DNA of 64,000 bases from Trichosphaerium sp. ATCC 40318 (Eukaryota; Protista; Tubulinea): positions 558,001 through 622,000 of the forward strand of contig JALMLS010000064.1 in assembly GCA_038496445.1 (NCBI GenBank), given 5' to 3'. How positions within the stretch are numbered: the first letter of the stretch is position 1; the number at the start of each line of letters is the position of its first letter. A program made the translations under genes and the position numbers. The notes beneath the pieces were generated by a model that saw only the letters and a list, made by a program, of their open reading frames with translations, was not told the origin of the DNA and did no database searches. This document shows positions 26,101 to 38,700 of the stretch, piece after piece.

Positions 26101-26299
26101 GTTTAATTCCTTCAATGTTTTCTCGGCTGATACAATGCTTCTCTTTAAAGCACTAGAGCGTCGCTATGGTACATCGATCTATAGGAACAGACAAACAAGA
26201 AACAGACGTCATTGTAATATAAGAACTGAGATTGTTTTTATTTTTATTATTTACATCTTTTACTTACATGTTTATTTACACTGTTACTTTCTTAGTTCA

Positions 26300-27015
26300 C
26301 TACAGCAGCCCGCATAATTGTTTGTGTTTTTTTCTCTTTTTTTTCTCGCCTGCAGGATGAATTACAGTACGTATGGCTTCATCAAATACTTCTTTCAAAC
26401 CTTCTTGTGTAATTGAGGAACATTCCATGTATTTTTGAGCGCCAATATTGTCTGCCATTTCAACACCTTGCTCATGTGAAATTGGAGCTTGTTTCTTTGC
26501 AGCAAGCCTAGTCAAAGCTCTTTGGTCATTCCGTAGATCCTTTTTGGTACCAACCAAAATTTTAGGGGCATATGGACAATGATGCGATATCTCTGGAAAC
26601 CACTAAACATGATTTATGAGAAACACAAAGCTCAAACTAGTTGTACCTTTTCTCTAACGTTCAGAAATGACGAAGGAGCAATAATAGAAAAACAAACGAT
26701 AAATACATCAGTTGATGTGTATGATAGAGGACGTAATCTATCATACTCCTCCTGTCCTGCTGTATCCCATAACCCAATACTAATTGGTTTACCGTCTACT
26801 AGTGTGTTCGCACTGTAATTATCAAAAACCTGTAAGAAGTCAGTCTTTTTTTTAGTTGAGAATGTTGATGAAGCCATTCGATGAATTGCTATTTATTTTA
26901 TTATTCTTACTGTGGGTACGTAGTCTCCTGGAATAGAATTTGTCGTGTATGAGATTAGCATGCTTGTTTTACCGACGGCACCATCTCCAACTGTAACTGC
27001 TTTAATCTGATGCAT
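26300..27015 (-). CDS. rac: Rac/Rho-family small GTPase (3 exons)
   Basis: [42 protein letters not shown], polybasic tail plus CAAX (CGLL). Confidence 0.95.
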
Positions 27016-27698
27016 GTGGAATATACCGGAATGTATGTTGTATGTAGGTAGAACTTGTTAAATGAAGATTTAGATTTCGTTTAGGCTGACTTAATTATAT
27101 GTTTTCACCTAAAAAACCGTGATGTGTCGTGTATAACTTATGTGAATGGACTCAGGGTTTATGGCTTGTAGCACACCATGTAATACCAATACGCTCGCTG
27201 ATATTTATAGCTTGGATTTATATTGCGTGATTAATAACGAAGATCACGTTTTTGAACACATATTCACGTGGCTGGCACTTAGTGAGCAAGATCTTAAGTT
27301 TTGGGAAAGAGGCAACCACGTGCTATGATTATCAAAGTGGACCAATTGGCAGTGTCGGGCGTTATTAATTATACTTCTGTTGTTCCTCCCGATTTCGTGA
27401 GAATTAGTGGAAAGCTCATATTGTCTCATATCGCGCGTTACTCAGCTGCTGTACATGGGTAGAAACTCAAAGTATTTTACAAGTTTTAAATACCACGCAA
27501 AAGGTTACGCGCCTTGCTTACAGAATACTGATCTTATGCTGATTATTCAACTACTTCGTCACTACAACGCAAAGGAAAGCCTTAATAATGCCCAGTTTTA
27601 CTACGAGGAGATGGTGAAAAACGCGAAAATTAGAGAAGTTTCACTCCTAGTGCAGTTGAGACAAAATTAACAAACACACCAGCTGCTTTGGACTGATA

Positions 27699-29024
27699 AT
27701 GGTAGAAATTACTACAATATTAATGCTAAACCTTGTAATCTTCGCAAATATCCCAATAAGTGTGTTCTGTCAACGTTTCATCGTAGACCCCTTCACAGAC
27801 CCCGCAACAGCCAATACCGCAACGCCTGTAGTTCAAGAAAGCCTCTCAACCGTTTTTGGCGGAGGAAGGACACTCACCGCACAAACCAATAGCAATCCAG
27901 ATTCAGCCCCAGACCCTATCACGTGCACGATAGAAAATGGCAAACTTGTATTATCCGCCACACCAAACGCTGTAGGACGATGTATTGTACGCTACGAAGA
28001 CCCTATATTAGGCAATAACGGTCCTTCCACGGAAACATCGCAACTTGAAGCAGGGAGTACGCATTTTCTTTTGCATTTTCTTGCCTGTTTAATGTTAATT
28101 AGATTGCTATCTATATCGCATCACCTCATCTCAAATGGCTGGTCCTGTTGATATAGAGGTAACAGTTGCATTTGGTAATATTGCCGACAGATCCACTGCT
28201 CCTCTTGACGTACTCGGAGACAATACTGAGACGGTGCTGTGTTTGAGGTTGCAGATAGACGAGTTTAATCGAATTGATACAAGGCTTATCTACACAGGGA
28301 TAGACGCAGCTGTGGATATTACTCTAGAGCCTACTTGCTGGAGTCCACAAACACTCTGTACTCATGAGTTTTTTGATTCGTCTGGCGCAGCTATTCCCAG
28401 CACTGAAGGTGTTAGAAGTGGTACCTTACAACTCCAACTTTTTCTGAAATAGCATCCTACCTTAACAAGGTCTGTAGGTGAACTCGTTCATGTGGTCTTG
28501 ACATGTACAGATATACCACATTTCGCAAGGAGAGACTACGATATTAATTTTGAAATACCTTTGGAAGTTGGGACAGTTGTGCCGTCTTCATTAATGTGTT
28601 CAAGGGTAATTTGGTCTGTTTTCTCGAATTTAATATTACTAACACTCTTTTAGAGTATTCCTAGAAGTACTGCAAATGGATTACAAACAAGAGTGGAGAG
28701 TTTGAGAGATGGTGGTGTAAGTCAAGTTTGCGAATTTGACTTTACAACAAGATTAAAGTAAGAAAACAAAGTAACTCCTTTTATTGACTTTGGTAACTTT
28801 TAGCGGCGTTATTATCCCTCTGTCGGCAGACATCTTATTACCAGGTTTGCCAAGGTATACTACACACTCTGGAAATGCACCCCTGTAAGTATACTTGTTT
28901 TAGTACTTTAGCTTACATATATGTCCACAGAGGCTTATGTGAGTCACCACAACCCATGATGTTCAACGGTTGTTTTCCCAGTAATATCGATTCTGAACTA
29001 CGTAGAATGCTCCTACGTTCCTAA
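27699..29024 (+). CDS. Predicted secreted beta-rich hypothetical protein, multi-exon
   Basis: Hydrophobic N-terminal signal-like segment; consistent GT-AG exon chain; Cys- and beta-strand-rich. No family recognised. Confidence 0.55.
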
Positions 29025-29234
29025 CAAAAATGTACTTTGCAATAAAATGAATAACCAAGTGCGTATCAAATTAGCTTGTACAGAAATCTTACACTAGCAT
29101 TGAGAAAATACTGATTGCAGTAGATCTAGGCACGTGCTTTCTGACTTAAAGTAAAAACAGTAGTGCTTGCCGGCAATTAGTTTGAACACAATAACTTTAT
29201 TCTACTCTATGTACAAGCAACCGTATCTTGTTGT

Positions 29235-31958
29235 TTATTTATCTTTTCTACCTTCAAAAGCAGTAGTAGAACCACTAGTGCCATGAGATGGAGCATGACG
29301 TGATCTTACAGTATCATTAGAGGCTTCATTTTTTCTAGGATTTCCAAACGTTTCGATGGATAGATTTACATCACTTGGTGTAAAGTACATATTACTGTTT
29401 CCTTTCGACAATGTGCTATAAAAAAAGTTAAGTCAGACTTGCAAAGACATCATTGTTTTACACCTACCTCAAAGAATCGAGCTTTCTTAGAGTATTCCAC
29501 ATTTGTAATTTAGTCTCCATATCTATACCCTCAAGTCCATCAAGGTAGTTCTTAATTTGATCTGCTTCAGCTTCACCTGTAAAACAAGCAGTTAATATGA
29601 ATTCCTTTTTTTGTCTATTAATAACAACATACCTTCCATTGTAGCTTCTGCGACATGGTGAGAGTGACGTATTTTTAGAAGTTCTCCATGTAATTTCTCT
29701 TGTTCGATATCTCCTTTCATTGTATAAAGTTTGACTTCGTTCTCTGACTGAACTTGTTGTAATCTGTTCAGTCTATCGGTTGTTTCTACAAATAAGTAAG
29801 CTCAGGAAGTTATTCCAAACACGTGCCTTTTATAATCGCTTGAAGTGTCCTCTCAGTTTCTTGGTCTTTACAATGGTAAGATAGTACTTCTACGGAATGA
29901 ACGATACACCCACGGTCACGATAAAAAGAGTCATCGCTACAGCAAATTGTTAGCCTTTTTTTCAGAAAAAAACTACAAGCTCTTTCTTACGTTTCTAGGA
30001 CGTATTGTTTGATGAGTTGATTGAACTCTTGCATGAACTTTTCCAGTGTAACACGCGATACGCGCTCTATAACAATAGATCTAGCATGTTGGCAAATATC
30101 TCCCCTATATAAAGCTTAGTATAAGATCAGCGCTTTTGAAGACTTACTTTGGATCTTGAGTGAACTCAATCATCGTTTTGACGTCAGTAACTTGCCAGAA
30201 GAATGTCAATTCAAGGATCTAAATAATGTGTTGGTGCGGGCACAATAATATTATATTGCTGTATCGTACAAGTTCTACATTATCGCATGTCCTACACATG
30301 AACTGGTAGTTAAGATAGCGAGGTCTTCTATCTATTTTCCAAACTTGGTTTTTTCTGCTTTTTGTTATACCCCCACTTGTACTTGACCACTGCAATTTAA
30401 CAAGCTTGACGATAATCAAGTTAGTGCATAATCATAGTGTTTAATAAATCATTACCTCGCAGTAAGGTGGTAAGAAGAAAGCACGTTCATACTCATCTTC
30501 TAGCATTTGATGAGTGAGTTCGTCAGAATCTTGGAACTCTTGAAATTGAATAAGTTTTTCCTATTACGCTCGGGTTAGATCAAAACGTCTTTCTAGTAAG
30601 ATGACTTTACCTTTTGCGACTTCGCTGTTTGTGGAGAAACCTTCTTTCTAGGTTGTTTCTGAGGCATTGGTTTTCCACCTAAAACAGCACTTTAACATCT
30701 AAAAGGTTTTGACTAACTTACCATGTTTAAAGTGGAAGCAACCATCCTTGTCTTTAATAATTATAGTCTCATGATCTTCTAACAATATCTTCTTTCTTAC
30801 TTCTTCTACTTCTTCATGAGCAGCAGGTATGTATAATTGCTGCGTTGTTTCCAATCTCAATTGACCAGTATGTGTATTTCTGACCAATACAGCGGTATGC
30901 TAAATAATTCCTTTAGAAATACACGTGACGCTCATTGTAATCTCACCTCATCAATATTGATTGCAGATTTCACACCTTGGTTTGATCCCGCGTCCAGAAT
31001 TTTCTCCATAGGATCAAGATATATCAAGTCTACGCAAAATTTAGTAACATTCAAGTGGAGTTCACTTGTTAAGTGCTTAGCTTACTTTGTCCTTTCTCGA
31101 CTCGAACTTTTCCTGTTTGTTTATTCATAATTCTGATGTACTCAAAGTGCTTTAACGGTATAGCTTCAAGAGTCTCTTCGACTCTGTCATAGGGACCTAG
31201 TTCTTGTTTAAAAAGCGCATAGTTTTTACGAGTTTACACACCTGGTACGAATAGTGTAGGTCCTATGATTTGCCTTACTTGCCCCGTCTTTTCATGTGAA
31301 ACAATCAAATACGCTGTAGGACCAAGTTGTATGGCATTTTTCTTGCCGTGATCGACCATCCTCTCTTTAGTGTCTAAAAGAGCAAAAAAAGTCAAAATCT
31401 CATTTCAGTAACATCACGTGATGGATATAACAACCTACGAAAAAAATCTGTAGTCATGGCGCACCTAGGAAGTATAGTCTTGGACCCCTGACAACTTGTA
31501 TTGCTCCACTACACTATAAGTCAAACCAGGGTTTTTTTTTAACTGAACAAAGGCCATTTTTAACGCACGTTAAGCTGTCTACTGTTTTAACATATTCAGT
31601 CTCTGACAGAGTAATACCTTGCTGATGCTGTTTGCTGATACAACACCCAACACAAAAAGCTAAAAAATACGTTGTCAACTCCGGAACAGAACCAAAAAAC
31701 TGTTGAAGAAAAAAACGGTTAGTAAACTCACTCTTAGGCCCTTGGATTACACGTTTCTAATTTAGCAAAAATTAGAAAAATTACGTTAATATTGTATAAT
31801 TAGCGTACAGGACCACACCCAGATAGTATAATTTGCTCTCCTTCATCGACGTGTCTGATAGCTGGCAAACTTTGAACATAAACGTCAAAACAACAGTACA
31901 CCGAAAATACAAACGCATGAAGTGGTTTTTATTACACGTACCAAAATAAGAAAGACAT
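29235..31958 (-). CDS. Major-vault-protein-repeat + SPFH/band-7 domain protein
   Basis: Repeats such as ITLSETEYVK, QVVRGPRLYLP, TGQVRQIIGPTLFVP, TGKVRVERG, TGQLRL...LYIP; SPFH core CRTCDNVEL.LELTFFWQVTD...GDICQHAR...RGCIVHSVEV; C-terminal helix. Start approximate. Confidence 0.7.
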
Positions 31959-32837
31959 GTGGTTTCTAGTGTTTAGTTTTGAATTTTTGAATACACAGAT
32001 AGCGTTTAAGCCAACCTTTAATGGTATGTTTTTAACAACATTTTGTTCATTGAAAAAACTAATATTAATAAAATATTAGCTAATTTCGTTCAATCTCATT
32101 TTCCTTAATATTTACTAGTGCGAAATTCTGTCTTTTTTAAACATGGTTGCAAGTAATTTAGCAGCAAACACAAAAAAAATAAGAAAAGTGTAGGAACATA
32201 TTTGTCTTTGTGTAGCTACTCTAATTGGTACCAAAACAAAAGCAACCGCAAGATTAGCACAGAAATCAGAAAGAAGTACAAAGCAAGTGATAAATATAAA
32301 CTCCGGCGAATCTTCTCATGTAGCATAATATTCAAATAAACCTTAACTTCAAAGAAAATCTACAAGGCAAGCTAGCTTTGCAGTTTGTGATACGTGGAAA
32401 TATCACATAGGAGCGTGCTGATAATGAAGGGCTTAAAACGAGACTTTTTGATGCTATCAATGTCTTATATTGCGCTGTTTCCTTCTTGAATTATCAAGAA
32501 ACAAGATTAGCTAAAAAGCGGATCATGTCAAGTATTTTTCTAGCACTGTTGTATGTTTTAGAACTCGACAAATGCCGGCTACCTGTAAATCGCCGTTGGA
32601 GACTCAACGAGCGACACTAAGGCGCTCTACAAGGTTTGAACAAAAAGGAGACGGCTAAAAACACCGAGACGCTCAGGTACGACAAAGTTACATTTCATTT
32701 TTTTGGGAACAGTACGGTTGTGCTTTCTCTTCAAGAACTTGGACTGGTGTTTAAACTGATTTTTATTGATTTACTCTAATAGGGAAGAAGGCGTTAATAA
32801 CACTAATCAAGATTACCAACTGCCACACCTTTATCTA

Positions 32838-33959
32838 TCAAAAGAAACTGAAGCGTTCTATATTCGTCTTTTTACCATTGACATAGACACACTTCTCCTT
32901 CAATCCACCAGTTTTACGCCACCTCTTGTACTCTCCTTCTCGTTCTCCATTAACAAAATAGTACTGCTCTTTTAATTGCCCATTTCTATGCCAAGTCTTA
33001 CCCTCACCTTCTAATTTACGATTGACACAATAGTACTGCTGTTCTAATTGCCCATTGTCATACCACGCCTTGTACTCTCCTACTTGTTCGCCATTAACAA
33101 AATAGTACTGCTCTATTAAATGCCCGTTTTCATTCCAATACTTGTACTCTCCATCTCGTTTACCATTTACATAATAGTACTGCTCCTTCAATTGATTGTT
33201 GTCATGCCATAGCTTACACTCTCCATGATTCAAATCATTGACATAATATTCCCGACTTGCTAATTCCCCAGTATCTATGTTATAGAGTTCGCATACTCCA
33301 TTTTTTTTATCAGTAGTGTAGTAACACTTGCTCCATAATTTGCCGTTGTCATAGTAATCCTTGTATTCACCTTCTTTGTTGCCATTCTTGTAGTTAATTT
33401 GTTCTTTAAGTTTACCGTTGTAAGCCCAGATAGTACATTCTCCATGTAGCTCCCCATGTACATAATAACTATCCTCTCGTATTTGTCCGCCTGAATACCA
33501 ACCTTGATACTTTCCGTGTTTCTTGCCGTTGACATAGTTGCACTTTTCGTTTATTGCACCATCTAGATACCATCTCACGTACGATCCTTCTTTTTTACCT
33601 TTGACACAATAATACTGTTTGTGCAATTTACGGCGGCAATAGATGTTTTGTTCTCCTTCCCGCAACCCACCAACGTAAAAGTGTTGCTTCTGCAGTTTGC
33701 CAGTATAGCTCCACAACTTGTGTTCTCCGTCTTGTACACCGTTTTTCCAATGTACTTGCTCTATCACAAGGTCGTATTTGCTTTTTTTATTCCACTTCCC
33801 ATGTTTGTTCATCTCGCTATCAAACCTTGTGGTTATTGCCGCTTCTTTAGATAAAAGAGGCCAAATTAAATATGCTCTAAAGTCTAGGTCGATTATGTAA
33901 AGCTGTATCTCCTTTGGAAGGATCAATAAGCCATTACTGTACTCTGTTGAAGTATTCAT
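32838..33959 (-). CDS. Intronless F-box-like + MORN-variant (MORN_2) repeat protein
   Basis: LLILPKEIQLYIIDLD N-terminus, then about 12 24-aa repeats of type GEYKxWYDNGQLxEQYYYVNGK. Confidence 0.85.
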   Translation of the reverse strand: MNTSTEYSNGLLILPKEIQLYIIDLDFRAYLIWPLLSKEAAITTRFDSEMNKHGKWNKKSKYDLVIEQVHWKNGVQDGEHKLWSYTGKLQKQHFYVGGLREGEQNIYCRRKLHKQYYCVKGKKEGSYVRWYLDGAINEKCNYVNGKKHGKYQGWYSGGQIREDSYYVHGELHGECTIWAYNGKLKEQINYKNGNKEGEYKDYYDNGKLWSKCYYTTDKKNGVCELYNIDTGELASREYYVNDLNHGECKLWHDNNQLKEQYYYVNGKRDGEYKYWNENGHLIEQYYFVNGEQVGEYKAWYDNGQLEQQYYCVNRKLEGEGKTWHRNGQLKEQYYFVNGEREGEYKRWRKTGGLKEKCVYVNGKKTNIERFSFF

Positions 33960-34560
33960 CTATTGCTTTATGTAAGCAAAATTGCTGACATATTTCTTGG
34001 TACCTTTAGTGTTTGGGTAGCGGGTTTGTAGTTCACGTATGCGGGTGATCAATGAAGTTTGAGTGCTTGTTGCTGCTTGGTTGTAAGCGATGCCGTTTAA
34101 TACCTTTGGAAGGCGCTCGCATTGTGTACTGTTCACATAACAGTTTGCCGACTTCATGAGGTTAGCCAACCGTTCTTGTATTGTACCCTAGCGCACAATA
34201 TCGTGGACCCTTCGCCTAAGGTTACAGTTTCATTGTTTGCCCGCTGTACCTGCGGCAATGGACGTAAGAGGTACTTTTCTAAGAATGAGGCTGCGAAGAA
34301 CGCAGGAAAGTGAAGTTCTCTCGAAATTCAACAAATCCAAGAATGTTCCAGGCGCCGATTGATTACATGATCGCTTCACTCTCCCGCTTTTGACCGAGCA
34401 AAAATGATGCGTTCCCGAAGTCATTTGGAATTTCCATAACTTTCTTGAGAAGTTCGGCATATTTCTGTCCGCTGCTTTCCTGGGCCTTGCAGTCTTTTTT
34501 TTAATTCTATGCGCCGTTTCTCGCAAGAATAATTAATCTCATACACTTGCAGGCCTCCAA
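33934..34560 (-). CDS. Hypothetical spliced gene whose last exon would overlap the MORN ORF start (5' end unresolved)
   Basis: Plausible exons KYAELLKKVMEIPNDFGNASFLLG / ELHFPAFFAASFLEKYLLRPLPQ / GTIQERLANLMKSANCY...YPNTK bounded by GT/AG. Confidence 0.35.
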
Positions 34561-35312
34561 AGCCTTCAATAAAGTGAGTTAATCCAATTTAAAAAAGTTG
34601 AATTTTGATTAACAAAATCAAAAATTAAGGTTTTGTTCACATAATAGCACGTGAATATGTCAGAAGGCCGTTGGCGTGAAAGGTGCCATCACGTGAAATA
34701 GGCGGAAGAGTTTAAGCGTATGCCATCGTTTAACTTTATGTGGCACAAAACAAAGAGCTACTTACCAAGCAAACTCTTTCTTGCTATTAGGGATTTCCCA
34801 TTGTCTTTCGTTGTTTCTGGAAGGTACTTTATCAAAAAGCTGGTTTTTTTATTTTCCTTTGTGTGTACGTGCTTTTGTTAAGTGTAAATTGACACTTTTA
34901 GCGTTGATATGATGCTGTTTTACGTATAATTTTGTTTTTCTTCTTTATTTTTTTTTATTCAAACAACCAAGCTTTGACAGTGATCACAATTTAGAGATTC
35001 AAGTTGCAGTGTTGAATCATAAACAAACCTGTTTCATTTTCCTATCAATCTTATAACAGGTGTGCTTTAAATCAAAGTTGCAACTTTAAGTTGATACAAT
35101 TAGCTTGTAACCATCCCTTGGCGTTGGAGTGCTTGATTTTTGTACAATAATCGCCAAGTGTCGTGATTGAGTAAATAAAATTAGTTCACTTTGTAACTAC
35201 AAGGTTTTGTGCAAGTAAATAACAACGCCATTTTAGAAAGTTAAAGTCCGTTAGAAGTCTTTATTTGGCTCAAGCTTTCTATTTTAGTAACTCGTTTAGG
35301 TAACGTGGTACA

Positions 35313-35576
35313 TTAACACCAACGATTTCTAGCCCAGCAGGATCCTTTACAAACCTGAAGATCAAGCCTGCATTCGTTTATTTTATCTTGGTACACAAGA
35401 TCATAGAGATGTGGGCGGAATCTTTTGTTGCGTAGTTTGTTGTTTGCGCATCTCGATAGTGACATAGAACCGCATTTACGCCGTAGACAACTACGATAGC
35501 GACGTTCAGCGCACCTAGCCATAGCACAGCATGTAAACAAAGCCAATAGTACAAACAAGGCGTAGTGCGCGTGCAT
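35313..35576 (-). CDS. Small secreted, cationic, Cys-rich peptide
   Basis: Signal-like MHAHYALFVLLALFTCCAMA, then an Arg/Lys-rich mature part with 8 Cys; intronless. Confidence 0.7.
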   Translation of the reverse strand: MHAHYALFVLLALFTCCAMARCAERRYRSCLRRKCGSMSLSRCANNKLRNKRFRPHLYDLVYQDKINECRLDLQVCKGSCWARNRWC

Positions 35577-35791
35577 GGCTAGTATGAAATTATGAACTGA
35601 ATGCTAACTTAGCCCAGTTAAGGTATGTTGCACTCAGCTAACTTTACGGGACTACCTAAGTATCCTGTTTTTGCGAGCTAACGTCCTTATAATCATTCGA
35701 CGGTAAAAGGGTGTCAAAAAGTCAACTACAACCTTTGTACAAAAGTGACAAGTGAAAGGAACACAAAAAATGTTTTGGACTTTTCGTTTAT

Positions 35792-38700
35792 TTACTTCTT
35801 CTGATTAGCAGCATTCTGATTAAAATTAGTAGCAGGTGGTCTAACAACTTGAATCCTTTGAACAGGTTGTACACCCAAAGGTACTGCATAATTACTATCA
35901 GACATTGAAGCATCACCTGGCGCTTGTTGTGTCTTTTGTATAACAGGCGGACGATAATAAACCTATTTAACAAAAAATCAAAAACAACTGTAGAGCTACT
36001 TTCAAGCTGTTTTTTGTTTACCTGAGGTTGAGTTGTAGTTCTAAATGTAGGCATCTTTGGAGCAAAGTATTGTTGTGGTACATGCATACGCTGTATTTGA
36101 GGCATTTGCTGACGCTGAATAGGCGCATGCCTCACTTGAGGCATCTGTTGTCTTATAACTTGCTGTGGTTGAACACGTTGTATATGTTGTTGAATAACTG
36201 GTTGAGCAATAGGTTGACTAGCAGCAATATGTTGCATATGAGCTTGTTGAGGTGTTAATAAACGTTTTTGAGGCATAGGTATAGGTTGATGAGTTTGTTG
36301 TGATGTAACAGCATTAGCAGCTTTAGTTGTCTGTCTCCTCGTATCAGAAGAACGCATAGAGTACCGTGACGTAGTAGTCCTCGGTGGTGGTGCATTTATG
36401 GCCTCTGTAAGAAATTATTAATAAAAAAATTGAGCAGATGCTCTAGCATTAGGTGTTGTACCGAAATCTGAGATTTTACGTGTTCTGTGTAGGTATAGCC
36501 ATAATTTTTTATCTTGGTCATAATACACGCATGGATCAGCTTCACCTTGAAGCCTAAAGATGATTTTAATAGCCAATCAATAGCGAAAAATCAAATTGCT
36601 GACAATCGCGATTGTGTACCTATCCAGAGTACCACTGACTACAGATTTTAGTTTATTTCCATCATAAGTATCCTTGACATATCTTGAAATTGTTAAAGAG
36701 AAATAATGATGTTATCACGTGACGCAAAAAATATTTTAAATGAAACAGTAGCAAGTTGGATACTGGCTGTCTTGGAAAAGTAATATAACATCTGGACGAG
36801 TTCCGACTCCACCTAGGGTATAGAGTGAACTTTGTGTTTGGTGTAAATGCGTCAGTACCTGGAAGCCTGGATGCAGCGTCTCTCACAAGCGAAATAACAT
36901 TAACCTGGGCTGGTCTTTGAGGTTTTAACGCAGGATGAGACTTAGGTTTCAGTGATGGGTTAATAAGCTAAGACATTTATGAGATAAACGAAATCAATAT
37001 AATGTATCAATCAACACTAATTGCATTACCTTTAAAGGACCAGTAACTGACTACGAGAAGAACAACGTAAGTTGATATGCGAATTAAAAAAAACGGAAAA
37101 AACAAAAAGAAAGCATTCTTACTTTAAACTTGGAAGAAGAGTACATAAATGGCACTGTTGGATTATTATATCGTTGTTGCTCCTTTAAATAACGTAAGAT
37201 TAAAATCCTTGATAAGGTTATTATTACTTGTATATGAAACGCTCTTTTGTCTTCCTCGCTTGTTTTTTCTAAAGTTAGCATACTCTTGTTTTGTCGTAAC
37301 CTTAATAAGGAAATTAATTACTATAACATTCATCTATTAATATGCTTACTTATCACGATCTACAGCTGTGCCATTTTGTGCTATTAGATTTCTTGATACA
37401 GCAAAATAAAAGTACGCTTCTAAACTCTCAAGTACATCACCTAATAAATGATTGAATAATATGAACAAAAAAAACTTTAACAAATCAAACATTACCTCCT
37501 CCACTATTCCATTTCTCAATCCAACGCCACTTGTTTTTATTCGCATCATATTGTACAAAAGCATCAACCTACATTGATATTAAAATACATGTATTAGCCG
37601 GCTAAAACTGTTGAATAAACTCACCTTGGTGTCTGTCTTATTAGCTGGTTTTGTTGGTAAATCAAAAGGATTGCTCAAGAATTCTAAAGCCAACTTTACA
37701 AACTTCTCTGGTGTGACAAACGTAGGCATGATGAACATTAAACGTTCATCTTTCTAAAAACACCATTATTAGAGCTTCAGCTACATCTCCAAATCATAAA
37801 CCAAAAAGAAACTAAAACTGATTTCAACGTACTTTTAACTTATCTACAAGATTTTCAATGGTAGTAACCATGCCATTACTTAAAAATACAAGCTTCAACA
37901 TGTTGAAGTATCTAAACACTGCAACTGGTGCAAGCACTGCAGTCTTTTTCTTCTCAGCTTCTTCTCTAATAATACACGTTAAACCCAAAAAAAAAGAAAC
38001 AATGAACATCAGAAACAATAAAATTTTTTCAAATGACAAACGCACTTTGTTTTACGCCTTTTACTAGCAGCCGAACGTGATGAACCAGCTTTACGCTTTC
38101 TTGAAGAAGCTCTTGTGGTCATACCAGTATCAAGAATAAATTCTTCATCGTCAAGTTCAGAGTCTGAACCTAAATCAAAGTTATACAATAACGGCATGAC
38201 AATCTATTTTTTTTTCAATTACCATCTGACTCTGATTCAATACCAGGCCAAAAATCACGACGCCCAACTGATATTGCTTTGCGTATAGCCATTTCACGCT
38301 TCGAAGTATATTTTTGATTCATACGCTTATTGATAGCCTTAAATAAAACATTTTTAGAATAACATCAAACAAAGGCTGAACAAGTGTAAAAAACAGTAAC
38401 ATACCTTTATGAGTTTTAATTCTTTTTTATCCTTATTATTGACATTATTATGGTACAACTTGTATAGTTGCATATCAACTTCGAATCCCATTTTACGCTT
38501 GTATTCAAGGATATGTGCAAGTGACTTGTTGTGGTTCTAGAAAAAAACCATTTTAATATTGACACGATATCTTAACGTGTTGCGTGAAAAACAAATCCTT
38601 CGTTATGTACCTCACGAACATTTAAAGCGTGGTGCCGTTTTTGTACACATTGCAATTTTTGTCTATATTTGACAACCTCTGTATGACATAGACCCTCTTA

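Noticed and set aside
27146-27670. Short ORFs between Rac and the secreted-protein gene
   Set aside because: No recognisable motifs or coherent exon chain; left unannotated.
32000-35300. Endogenous giant-virus or transposon insertion around the MORN gene
   Set aside because: No viral hallmark genes, transposase, terminal repeats or target-site duplication seen.
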